DNA of 59,995 bases from Syntrophaceticus sp. (GTDB lineage Bacteria; Bacillota; DSM-12270; Thermacetogeniales; Thermacetogeniaceae). The stretch spans positions 1 through 59,995 of the forward strand of contig DUSK01000095.1 of the NCBI GenBank assembly GCA_012842275.1, given 5' to 3'. The notes under the pieces are model-generated. The model was given only the letters and a program-made list of their open reading frames with translations, was not told the DNA's origin and did no database searches. Below are positions 1-6,822 of this stretch, in pieces. The first letter of the stretch is position 1. The number at the start of each line of letters is the position of its first letter. Made by a program: the position numbers and the translations under genes.

Positions 1-141
1 TAGGGGTAAAGTAATACCAATGTTTCGTTGCTTAAATGGCCTACGAAATGGAAATGGTGTTTTCTAAAATCCAAAAGTCTATGATGATCTCGAAAAATAA
101 TATCCTATAAAAAGTTGACACCGTCAATAAACAAAAAAAAT

Positions 142-170
142 TTGACTTGGGACTGCTGTATTGATATAAT
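142..170 (+). promoter_or_regulatory. sigma-A type promoter upstream of veg
   Basis: TTGACT (142-147), exact 17-nt spacer, TATAAT (165-170). An A-tract and a second TTGACA (115-120) lie just upstream. Confidence 0.7.
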
Positions 171-237
171 ATTATGAAATATTTTTGGGAGTAGCTAAAA
201 TGTTAGAGTAGCTAAAATGATTGAGAAGGTGATACTC

Positions 238-513
238 ATGGCTACTAAAGAAGTGCTGGCTGAGATCAAGCAGGATCTGGATACCTTTGTAGGGACGAGA
301 GTCAGGCTCAAATCATTTAAGGGCAGGAACAGGGTTGTTGAGCGAGAGGGAGTCTTGGAACGCACCTATCCCAATATTTTTGTGATCAAGCTAGATGAAA
401 AAAGAACACAGCGGCGAGTTTCGTTTAGTTATACAGATGTGCTCACAGAAAGTATTGAACTGACTGTCTTTCGCGATGATGGAGAGATTAAGATAACAGC
501 AGGCCGCGGGTAA
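238..513 (+). CDS. veg: Veg protein (DUF1021 family)
   Basis: Track ORF 217-513. MATKEVLAEIKQDL..YPNIFVIKLDE..VSFSYTDVLTESIELT matches B. subtilis Veg as I remember it. An AAGGTGA RBS sits 6 nt before ATG 238, so 238 is preferred over 217. Confidence 0.85.
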   Translation: MATKEVLAEIKQDLDTFVGTRVRLKSFKGRNRVVEREGVLERTYPNIFVIKLDEKRTQRRVSFSYTDVLTESIELTVFRDDGEIKITAGRG

Positions 514-540
514 GCGGCGGTAACCGGTGAATCAACTTCC

Positions 541-570
541 CTCCGGATTTATATCCGGAGTTTTTTTTTG
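541..570 (+). terminator. rho-independent terminator after veg
   Basis: CTCCGGAT-TTAT-ATCCGGAG hairpin followed by a T9 run. Confidence 0.85.
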
Positions 571-581
571 CCAGGGTTGGG

Positions 582-611
582 GTAACACTCTTTCAGCAGC
601 AGCCATATACT
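582..611 (+). promoter_or_regulatory. mother-cell (sigma-K/sigma-E-like) promoter candidate
   Basis: GTAACA (AC at 585-586), 17-nt spacer, CATATACT (604-611). The same architecture recurs at five other sites in 0.5-7.8 kb. Confidence 0.4.
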
Positions 612-666
612 GGAATAAAAAACAGCAGAGTAAATCCTGCTGTGGTTAATATTTTAAATTGTCATC

Positions 667-1464
667 ATGAAGGAGGTAAGTGCTTTGAGTAATAAGGAGT
701 GCAGAGAGTGCAATCCCGATCCTGAAGTGCAAGAAGGCGAAGCTTTACATATGCCACCATGCTTTGGGCTTGATCCAAACTGTGCGGAGTGCTGCAAGGT
801 TCTGACTGCTAACAACAGGGCCAGATGGGGGATCACCGGCAAATTTGAACACTTAGACTGTGAGTGTCATATGATCTGTGTCCAGGATGTGCTGTTGATC
901 TGCGCCATGGATAATCAGTATGTGGATATTCCGGTTTGTTTGTGTGATGGAACAGCCTCCTGCCGGGGTTCTGTTGTGGGGCCTTTCGAGCCTGTGAGCT
1001 GTGAGGCCTTTGTGACCTGTGCCAGTGCAGAACTGCAGCCTGATTGTGATGGTGTGGATATCAGGGTTGGCTTCCAGGCTGTTGTCAGGTGTGACACCAC
1101 CTTTGTGGTCTGTCAATCAGAGGTTTTCAGAAAATGTAATTTCTTTGATTTCTTCACTTTCCCCGGTGGTGAAGGTTTCCCCAACACCGCAGCAGGGAAA
1201 AGGGCCTTCAAGGACATTGTAAGGAAAATCGATGGCTCCTGTCTGGATATCGATATTAAGAAGTGCGACATCATTGATACAGCAAACCCAAGAATAAGAA
1301 TAGTATTTAAACTTGTCAACAAGCTGTGGAAGCACGAAAACCTGCTGGTATCAGCTATCAGGCCCTATGGCGGGAGATACTTAAGCGATCGGGATATTGT
1401 GGTGAAAAGGGAATTTGGCTCACCCCAAATGATACCTGAATGCAATAATGAGGTGCCAGTGTAA
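667..1464 (+). CDS. cysteine-rich hypothetical protein (possible spore coat/exosporium component)
   Basis: 265-aa ORF with about 22 Cys, mostly in the first 165 residues (CRECN, CAECC, CECHMIC, CLCDG). AAGGAGG at 670-676 suggests the real start may be TTG 685. No family recognised. Confidence 0.6.
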   Translation: MKEVSALSNKECRECNPDPEVQEGEALHMPPCFGLDPNCAECCKVLTANNRARWGITGKFEHLDCECHMICVQDVLLICAMDNQYVDIPVCLCDGTASCRGSVVGPFEPVSCEAFVTCASAELQPDCDGVDIRVGFQAVVRCDTTFVVCQSEVFRKCNFFDFFTFPGGEGFPNTAAGKRAFKDIVRKIDGSCLDIDIKKCDIIDTANPRIRIVFKLVNKLWKHENLLVSAIRPYGGRYLSDRDIVVKREFGSPQMIPECNNEVPV

Positions 1465-1504
1465 ACAGCTAAAATTTGCAATTTATCGTGTAAGGAATGC
1501 CAGA

Positions 1505-1535
1505 GGGGCAAACCGGATAGGTTGCCCCTTTTTTT
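1505..1535 (+). terminator. rho-independent terminator after the Cys-rich gene
   Basis: GGGGCAA..TTGCCCC stem (1505-1511 / 1522-1528) followed by a T7 run. Confidence 0.8.
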
Positions 1536-1543
1536 GGTCCTTA

Positions 1544-1628
1544 AATTTGGGTTGTTGGGAGAAGACGCCTAGACTTGTTATTGCCCCATGATAGTTTTAT
1601 AGCCCATAAGTTTGGGTTGTTGAGAGAA
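1544..1628. repeat. two ~20-nt direct repeats spaced 65 bp
   Basis: AATTTGGGTTGTTGGGAGAA (1544-1563) and AGTTTGGGTTGTTGAGAGAA (1609-1628), lying between convergent genes. Confidence 0.6.
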
Positions 1629-1645
1629 CTGATCTGCGGAACTAT

Positions 1646-1876
1646 TTATTCTGAAGCGTTTATTTCAGTATCAAAGAGTTTGAATCTGAACAGATCTTCT
1701 ATGCGCTCCAATGTTTTTTCAATGTTCTTGAGGGAGGAACTGATTTCTTTGAGAAGTTGGTTTCTTTCTTTTTCTTTTAAATCCTCTACCGGATTCCATG
1801 TATTCTGTAACCTGAATTTCGTTGGCCCCTGAAGAGGTATGGATCTGTTTTCCACTTCTTTCTTCACTATTAACAC
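1646..1876 (-). CDS. hypothetical small charged protein (76 aa)
   Basis: Minus-strand ORF with a GTG start preceded by GGAAGGGAAG. Lys/Glu-rich helical-looking sequence with no recognisable family. Preferred over the overlapping low-complexity + ORF 1575-1832. Confidence 0.4.
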   Translation of the reverse strand: MLIVKKEVENRSIPLQGPTKFRLQNTWNPVEDLKEKERNQLLKEISSSLKNIEKTLERIEDLFRFKLFDTEINASE

Positions 1877-2055
1877 CTTCCCTTCCGGTAATTGTCATAT
1901 CAATGAAGCTTTATTTTCTAACCGCCCGGGTTTATTCGGCGGGGTTCTGATTTTCTCTCCATCATATTCCTTCTTTAATTCATCTGATACATCAAACAGA
2001 CACCTTTACCCCCTTCCCTTGAATATACTGAATTGACAAAAAAGAGGAGGGGAGG

Positions 2056-3066
2056 ATGGATATGCGGAAGCTGATGCGTTCCCTAGGGATTGCCAAAGAG
2101 CGCTATACAGAACTTCCCAATGTGATCGGTGTGGGGGTCGGCTATAAAAAGCGCGGCAGACAGGACACCGGTGAGCCGGCTATCCTATTTTTTGTTGAGA
2201 AAAAAGTGCCTGTCGAAGCTTTGGCAATTGATGAACGTGTTCCCAAGCGTATCGGACGCAGCTGTACAGATGTAATTGAAGTTGGGGAGATACGCTTTCT
2301 TGGCCGCACAGATAAACTGCGGCCGGCAGTTCCCGGATCCAGTATCGGCCATTACAAAGTTACTGCCGGTACCTTTGGGGCTGTGGTGCGGGACCGGGAA
2401 ACTGGGCAGTTATTGATCCTTTCCAATAACCATGTTTTAGCCAATTCCACTGATGGCATTGATGGGAGATCAATGCCCGGGGATCCCATATACCAGCCAG
2501 GTGTCTATGACGGAGGAACAGAACAGGACCTAATAGGCCACCTGGAAAGATTTATTCCCATTTACCGGTTCAACAGGTCTGCTGACTGTAAAGTTGCTGC
2601 TATGGGAGTTAGGGCTGCCAATGCGGTTCTACATGCCTTTAAGCCCAATTACAGGATGCGGTTGGAAAAGGTGGGGGCCGAAAATCTGGTGGATTGTGCG
2701 GTTGCCCGTCCTGTGGATCCAAAGGAAATCAGTTCTGAAATCCTGGAGTTGGGCACTGTCAAGGGTATTGTGGATGCAGAACCCGGAATGCCGGTTAAAA
2801 AAAGCGGTCGCACTTCAGGGGTTACAAAGGGGAAGGTGACCGCTCTGCATGTAACCTTAAATGTATCTATGGGCACTAGTTCTGATGTGGTGCGTTTCCA
2901 TGACCAGATTATGTGTGAATTAAAGTCAAAGGCGGGAGACAGCGGTTCTCTGGTGTTGGATGAAGAAAACCGGGCAGTAGGGCTGCTTTTTGCCGGTTCT
3001 GAAGAATTTACGGTTATCAACCCCATTAAAACTGTATTAGATAAGTTAGGCGTTGATCTGGTATGA
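2056..3066 (+). CDS. chymotrypsin-fold (S1-like) serine peptidase
   Basis: GAGGAGGGGAGG RBS. Candidate catalytic His in SNNHVLAN and catalytic Ser in KAGDSGSLVL, followed by GLLFAGSE, typical of trypsin-like peptidase domains. No signal peptide seen. Confidence 0.7.
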   Translation: MDMRKLMRSLGIAKERYTELPNVIGVGVGYKKRGRQDTGEPAILFFVEKKVPVEALAIDERVPKRIGRSCTDVIEVGEIRFLGRTDKLRPAVPGSSIGHYKVTAGTFGAVVRDRETGQLLILSNNHVLANSTDGIDGRSMPGDPIYQPGVYDGGTEQDLIGHLERFIPIYRFNRSADCKVAAMGVRAANAVLHAFKPNYRMRLEKVGAENLVDCAVARPVDPKEISSEILELGTVKGIVDAEPGMPVKKSGRTSGVTKGKVTALHVTLNVSMGTSSDVVRFHDQIMCELKSKAGDSGSLVLDEENRAVGLLFAGSEEFTVINPIKTVLDKLGVDLV

Positions 3067-3947
3067 AATATCCGGATTTAGGAATTGCTCTGGGGGGAGG
3101 AGGGCTCTTAGGGGTAGCACACATCGGTGTTTTGGAGGTCCTAGAAGAGAACGGGATTTTACCGGCTATTGTGACCGGTACCAGTGCAGGAAGCCTTGTA
3201 GGCGCTCTCTATGCTGCCGGAGTAGAACCTTCAGCCTTAAGAAAACTGTCAGTGAGCTTGCAAAAAAAGGATCTCTTCTCCTGGAATTTTAACCCTTACT
3301 CCTTTATCAGGTTTTTGTTGGATAACCTTAGGGATATGGCCAATTTTTTAGAGGCGTCCCCAAGAGCCTTGTTCAGTGGGGAAAAGATCAGTGAACTGGT
3401 TGTTAATCTTACCAAGAAAAAACGCTTTAATGAGATCCCGGTGACTTTCGGTGTGGTGGCAGTGGATCTGATCACCGGAAAAAAAGTGGTGTTTTCCAAT
3501 AAAGTGATCAATCTGTCACCGGAAACCCTGTATTTCCCCAATGCTCCCTTAGGCTTGGCTGTCCAGGCCAGTTGTGCCATTCCCGGTGTTTTTGAACCGG
3601 TTCCCTACCGGGGGGCACTGCTCGCAGATGGTGGGCTTGCCGAAATGGTACCTGCTCAACTGGCACGCCATTTGGGCTCCCGTATTGTAGTGGCAGTGAG
3701 TTTAAAAAGAATGGGGAGTGTACAGGAACCGGAAACCCTTATCCGTGTGATCCAGCGGAGTATCGATATTATGACACTGCAGAACACGCAGCTTGATCTG
3801 AAGTTCGCTGATCTTGTTATTGACCCCCTTGCCTTTGATGCCAGCTTAGGGGATTTTGAACGGGTGCCTGAGCTATTAGATCGTGGGCGCCAGGCAGCCG
3901 AGAAGGCGATTCCGGCTTTGAAAAAGCTGTTGGGGATCAATAGCTAG
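3063..3947 (+). CDS. patatin-like phospholipase
   Basis: GIALGGGGLLG oxyanion motif, GTSAG nucleophile elbow (GxSxG), ADGG Asp motif. The start overlaps the upstream stop (ATGA). Confidence 0.85.
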   Translation: MKYPDLGIALGGGGLLGVAHIGVLEVLEENGILPAIVTGTSAGSLVGALYAAGVEPSALRKLSVSLQKKDLFSWNFNPYSFIRFLLDNLRDMANFLEASPRALFSGEKISELVVNLTKKKRFNEIPVTFGVVAVDLITGKKVVFSNKVINLSPETLYFPNAPLGLAVQASCAIPGVFEPVPYRGALLADGGLAEMVPAQLARHLGSRIVVAVSLKRMGSVQEPETLIRVIQRSIDIMTLQNTQLDLKFADLVIDPLAFDASLGDFERVPELLDRGRQAAEKAIPALKKLLGINS

Positions 3948-3977
3948 GAACACTTTCAATAAATGCCCATATTATGG
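3948..3977 (+). promoter_or_regulatory. mother-cell (sigma-K/sigma-E-like) promoter candidate
   Basis: GAACAC (AC 3950-3951), 16-nt spacer, CATATTATGG (3968-3977). Confidence 0.4.
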
Positions 3978-4049
3978 GATGGGACAGAAAGAAAGACTAA
4001 TGGCATTAGCTGGTACAGCAATGACAAAAAGTGAAAGGGGGATTTGGTG

Positions 4050-4412
4050 ATGGGCGGTTTTACCTATGATGAAAAGGCGCTTTCAGTTTTTAAAAGCCTG
4101 CGGCCCTACCTTGGCCCACAGGGAAACGGCTGTCTTATGGCTTTAGAAAGCATACTTGAGTTGCTTAATAGTGAACCAGCTAAAAAAGCGCTGGATTCTT
4201 TAAAAATCCTTAGCCCAGGGGAGGGGTTTAAAACCCTAGAACTGGAGAGTAAACAGCCTAAGTATTTGAGCCCATCTAAGCTTTTTCTACTGCAAGCCTT
4301 GTTATTTTTAGCCGATGCTCCTGTGTCAGCTAATATGGTTGTTGAAAGAGCAGAAAACGAAGAGGTCACAGAAGAAAATCATAACATATTGGATTATGAT
4401 GCTTACGTATAA
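4050..4412 (+). CDS. hypothetical protein, paralog of 5196-5492
   Basis: Track ORF 4044-4412; ATG 4050 has an AAAGGGGGA RBS. The N-terminus MGGFTYDEKALSVFKSLRPYLGPQGN..LESILELLNSE parallels MAVVMYDENAIQVLNSFRPYLGHKGN..LNGILDLLSSE. Hydrophobic LFLLQALLFL segment near the C-terminus. Confidence 0.65.
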   Translation: MGGFTYDEKALSVFKSLRPYLGPQGNGCLMALESILELLNSEPAKKALDSLKILSPGEGFKTLELESKQPKYLSPSKLFLLQALLFLADAPVSANMVVERAENEEVTEENHNILDYDAYV

Positions 4413-4424
4413 AAGGTAAAAATT

Positions 4425-4455
4425 GTAACACTTTGCTTTGAACAACATATTATGG
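4425..4455 (+). promoter_or_regulatory. mother-cell type promoter candidate for tiny peptide 1
   Basis: GTAACA, 16-nt spacer from AC, CATATTATGG (4446-4455). Confidence 0.4.
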
Positions 4456-4525
4456 AGTAAAAAACTAACTGATGTGGGTTGAATTGTAACAGATATGGTG
4501 CCCGCATTCAGACTGGAGGGATAAT

Positions 4526-4627
4526 ATGGAATCTAAGGGATTTGGTTTTGGTGGCGGATTTGGAGTCAATAGTTGGGCTTTTATTCTCTTCCTGATTCTG
4601 GTTTTGCTCTTCTTCGGTGACAATTAA
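4526..4627 (+). CDS. tiny membrane peptide, YjcZ / tiny_TM_bacill-like (33 aa)
   Basis: Hand translation MESKGFGFGGGFGVNSWAFILFLILVLLFFGDN. GGAGGG RBS 6 nt upstream. Too short for the ORF track. A Gly/Phe-rich head plus one hydrophobic helix resembles Bacillus YjcZ-type sporulation peptides. Confidence 0.7.
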   Translation: MESKGFGFGGGFGVNSWAFILFLILVLLFFGDN

Positions 4628-4645
4628 ATTCCTGACTGAAAACTT

Positions 4646-4676
4646 GTAACACCTTTCCTCAAAGAACATATTATGG
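4646..4676 (+). promoter_or_regulatory. mother-cell type promoter candidate for tiny peptide 2
   Basis: GTAACA, 16-nt spacer from AC, CATATTATGG (4667-4676). Confidence 0.4.
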
Positions 4677-4737
4677 TGTTGAAAAAAACAACCAGCTGAG
4701 GAAGGTCCGAAGCTGAGATGATTAGGAGGGATAATGG

Positions 4738-4824
4738 ATGGAGGCAAAGAGTTTTGGTTTCAAAAATAATATTGCGTTTATATTGTTCTTGATTCTGATT
4801 TTGCTCTTTTTCGGTGATAACTAA
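4738..4824 (+). CDS. tiny membrane peptide, YjcZ-like paralog (28 aa)
   Basis: Hand translation MEAKSFGFKNNIAFILFLILILLFFGDN, with AGGAGGG RBS upstream. The antisense track ORF 4508-4747 is rejected. Confidence 0.65.
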   Translation: MEAKSFGFKNNIAFILFLILILLFFGDN

Positions 4825-4831
4825 AATATAT

Positions 4832-4858
4832 AAGGCACCCGCTTAGGACGGGTGCCTT
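4832..4858 (+). terminator. hairpin / weak terminator after tiny peptide 2
   Basis: AAGGCACCCG / CGGGTGCCTT 10-bp stem with a 7-nt loop and only a short T tail. Confidence 0.45.
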
Positions 4859-4892
4859 TAGATTACAGCACAAAGCTTTTAACCCAAGACTT

Positions 4893-4923
4893 GTAACCCC
4901 TTTCCTAAAAAAACATATTATGG
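4893..4923 (+). promoter_or_regulatory. mother-cell type promoter candidate for tiny peptide 3
   Basis: GTAACC, 16-nt spacer from AC, CATATTATGG (4914-4923). Confidence 0.4.
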
Positions 4924-4987
4924 TGTAGAAGCCTGATTAATTTTCGGTCAGGTGGGATTTACCCGAATTTTGAATGGAGGGATGGTA

Positions 4988-5092
4988 ATGGAATCCAAGG
5001 GATTTGGTTTTGGCCGGGGATTTGATGGCAAATTTGCACTGATCTTATTCCTGATTCTGATTCTGCTTTTCTTCGGGGATCACAGATGGTAA
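4988..5092 (+). CDS. tiny membrane peptide, YjcZ-like paralog (34 aa)
   Basis: Hand translation MESKGFGFGRGFDGKFALILFLILILLFFGDHRW, with GGAGGGATGG RBS region upstream. Confidence 0.7.
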   Translation: MESKGFGFGRGFDGKFALILFLILILLFFGDHRW

Positions 5093-5128
5093 ACGGTTTT
5101 ATAGTTTAAACTTTGTACCGGGTTTGCT

Positions 5129-5161
5129 GGGAGGCCACCCGCATTTACGGTGTGGCCTCCC
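5129..5161 (+). terminator. stable hairpin after tiny peptide 3 (no clear U tract)
   Basis: GGGAGGCCAC / GTGGCCTCCC 10-bp GC-rich stem with a 13-nt loop. Confidence 0.35.
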
Positions 5162-5195
5162 CTTATCAAAACGGCAGCAAAAGAAGGGGAGGAAG

Positions 5196-5492
5196 ATGGC
5201 AGTTGTTATGTATGATGAGAATGCGATTCAAGTATTAAATAGTTTTCGTCCTTATCTGGGACATAAAGGCAATCTGATCCTTGATACCCTTAACGGGATA
5301 TTAGATTTACTTTCCAGTGAATCTGTTCAAGAATTCATTTCCCTGGTGCATAATTCCCAGCATAATTCCAGTGATCAGCATGCCCGGCAGTTATTTGAAG
5401 GCCAAGAAAAGAGGGAGGCCAATCCTTTTACCCTTTTCCTGATTCTGATCTTACTCCTTCTTTCTGATTTTAATGAAAGCCCAATATCATGA
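5196..5492 (+). CDS. hypothetical protein, paralog of 4050-4412
   Basis: Track ORF 5124-5492; ATG 5196 follows an AAGGGGAGG RBS. The C-terminal FTLFLILILLLLSDFN closely resembles the helix of the neighbouring tiny peptides. Confidence 0.65.
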   Translation: MAVVMYDENAIQVLNSFRPYLGHKGNLILDTLNGILDLLSSESVQEFISLVHNSQHNSSDQHARQLFEGQEKREANPFTLFLILILLLLSDFNESPIS

Positions 5493-5517
5493 AATAAATG
5501 ACCCGGAGGGATAAATA

Positions 5518-5802
5518 ATGTCTGATTTGGAAGCCTATAGAATTCCTAAAAGTGTGCTGAATTCTATTTTGAAAAAGCTAGAAAAACAGATGAAAGACAA
5601 AGAAATAAGAGGGACCAGTAAGGACAGGGCTGTTATTGTGGTTATAAGCGGCAGTTTCCAGGTGCTCAGTGTTCAAATAAACCAGCGTTTAGTAAAAAAT
5701 CCTGCTCAATTAGAAAATTCGGTTGCTGAAGCTGTTGATGACGCCCTACAGAAAGGGATCGAACTGTTAAAAACAGAGGCACAAAAACTTCTGGGCAACT
5801 GA
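5518..5802 (+). CDS. YbaB/EbfC-like nucleoid-associated protein (divergent)
   Basis: 94 aa with a GGAGGG RBS. The pattern KEIRGTSKDRAVIVVISGSFQVLSVQINQRLV..LENSVAEAVDDALQK mirrors the YbaB core (helix, beta-hairpin with xVxIxG, helix) as I remember it. Confidence 0.55.
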   Translation: MSDLEAYRIPKSVLNSILKKLEKQMKDKEIRGTSKDRAVIVVISGSFQVLSVQINQRLVKNPAQLENSVAEAVDDALQKGIELLKTEAQKLLGN

Positions 5803-5829
5803 GTAGATTCGGTAACCTGCAGTTGTTTT

Positions 5830-6318
5830 GTGAATACAATAAAGGGAATGTTCTATAAAAAGTTCTTTAAGGGAGATGATCTTTTGGTTGGGGAGCAGGA
5901 TTTAGGTGGGCGTGATGTCAGTATTAGGTCGCTGATGGCCAGGACCTTTGAACTGCTGGACAAAAAGCAGCTGGATCTTTCGGAAACGATAACTGTGCTT
6001 TCTTTGTTTACTTTGATGGATATTGTAAATCTGGCCAGGGAAAAGGCTTCTTCTGGTTTAGGGACAGCCGGTGGAAAAGATCTGTTAGCTATGTTGAGCG
6101 GTATGCTGACCTCGGGCCAAAAAATGGGGCCGGAAATGCTGGCAGGCGTGCAACAGAAATCCGGGAAAAGTATCAGCCCTCAGCTGCTGTCCACTCTGCT
6201 GTCCTTGCTAGGAGATAGTGCTAAGGGAGAATCAGCCGGAGAGGAAAGCAGCAAACAAAAAATGGTTTCTTCCGAACGGCGCCCGGGGAGGGAGTTGTCA
6301 CGGTATCCTGAAAAATGA
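5830..6318 (+). CDS. hypothetical protein (162 aa)
   Basis: ORF with a GTG start and an alternative ATG at 5848. Ser/Gly/Leu-rich with no recognisable domain. Confidence 0.45.
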   Translation: MNTIKGMFYKKFFKGDDLLVGEQDLGGRDVSIRSLMARTFELLDKKQLDLSETITVLSLFTLMDIVNLAREKASSGLGTAGGKDLLAMLSGMLTSGQKMGPEMLAGVQQKSGKSISPQLLSTLLSLLGDSAKGESAGEESSKQKMVSSERRPGRELSRYPEK

Positions 6319-6334
6319 TAGCAGTTAGGAGGGG

Positions 6335-6652
6335 ATGAGCATGGGCAAGGCCAAAACTGTAGAAAGAATTTTCCTGTTCGAACATATCTACGGCTGTGGC
6401 TATGATCACGGTTATAAGGACGGCTACAAAGATGGCTTTGCCGCAGGCTATCAACGGGCCAAAACAGAGTGCAGAGATGGTATCTGGAAGGCAGGAAGGG
6501 ATCAGGGCTATTTGGAGGGCCTTGAAGAAGGGTATTTGGCAGGCAAAAAGGATGCTGATGCGATCTTTGACCAGGGCTGGGACCAGGGGTACAGAAGGGG
6601 TTATGAGGATGGGGCTGCTGGTTCCGCGGGCACAGAAAGGCTTAAGCCCTAA
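6335..6652 (+). CDS. hypothetical GY-repeat protein (105 aa)
   Basis: AGGAGGGG RBS. Repeated [DE]-G-Y-x-x-G units (GYDHGYKDGYKDGFAAGY, DQGYLEGLEEGYLAG, DQGWDQGYRRGYEDG) reminiscent of Yae1/FliH-type GxxxG repeats. Confidence 0.55.
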   Translation: MSMGKAKTVERIFLFEHIYGCGYDHGYKDGYKDGFAAGYQRAKTECRDGIWKAGRDQGYLEGLEEGYLAGKKDADAIFDQGWDQGYRRGYEDGAAGSAGTERLKP

Positions 6653-6822
6653 TTTATTAAAATTTTACATAAGGTCCTAATTGTATAAAAAAAAGACAAT
6701 ATCTGCGCATTGGTCACCTGTTTATCTTTGATGAGGGATAGAGGACTAATGGCAACTTCGCCAAATTGATAGGAGTGGCAGTATAATTATGACAAATTTT
6801 CTCGAAAGGAGACGACAAACAG

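Noticed and set aside
1575-1832. 85-aa + strand ORF
   Set aside because: It starts just downstream of the preceding terminator, with no RBS and a Ser/Phe/Leu-rich composition. The overlapping minus-strand ORF 1646-1876 has a better start context, though that ORF is itself only moderately supported.
2056-3947. Patatin as a CBASS-type (CapV-like) defence effector
   Set aside because: No cyclase/nucleotidyltransferase, sensor or other defence gene lies adjacent. The context is sporulation-type genes.
4508-4747. 79-aa minus-strand ORF across the tiny-peptide array
   Set aside because: It is antisense to two RBS-preceded, mutually conserved small + strand ORFs and their promoter cassettes, and has no signals of its own.
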